A stretch of DNA of 64,000 bases from Ptychomitrium polyphyllum (Eukaryota). The notes under the pieces are model-generated. The model saw nothing but the letters and a program-made list of their open reading frames with translations, did no database searches and was not told the DNA's origin. Both the position numbers and the translations under genes were made by a program. This document shows positions 63,961 to 64,000 of this stretch, in pieces. The stretch is taken from assembly GCA_973851085.1 (NCBI GenBank), contig OZ316775.1, positions 4,712,001 to 4,776,000 on the forward strand. The letters run 5' to 3'. Within the stretch, counting starts at the first letter, position 1. Every line of letters begins with the position of its first letter.

Positions 63961-64000
63961 CTGAGGCACAACGGTACACACAAATCCTTAGTGATACTGC

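Overview
Eukaryotic plant DNA with spliced genes; gene content and retrotransposon types suggest a moss such as Physcomitrium (inference). Genes: a patatin-like lipase (4 exons, runs off the left edge), an intronless EXORDIUM/Phi-1 gene with an unusual N-terminal extension, chloroplast ATP synthase gamma (2 exons), a soluble ABCI19/20/21-type ATPase (6 exons), a large multi-exon coiled-coil protein of unknown function, and an intron-rich tetraspanin missed by the ORF track (runs off the right edge). About 11.5-37 kb is a nested transposon block: several decayed Ty3/Gypsy chromoviruses of the Tf1/Tcn1 type, one tRNA-Met-primed Gypsy element, and a 2.8 kb element bounded by ~450 bp inverted repeats. 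Main observations: (1) the ABCI gene's 5' end is duplicated as a 431 bp inverted repeat around an 816 bp spacer, an architecture that could flip; (2) the chromoviruses carry an extra ORF between pol and the PPT, coupled by TGATG and conserved in two LTR families; (3) a ~5.1 kb near-perfect inverted duplication of a dead element with a hairpin filler junction, beside a likely assembly overlap at the 100-N gap; (4) self-priming PBS and -1 frameshift signals; (5) a weak MIR319-like fold-back. All alignments were done by eye; no searches were run.
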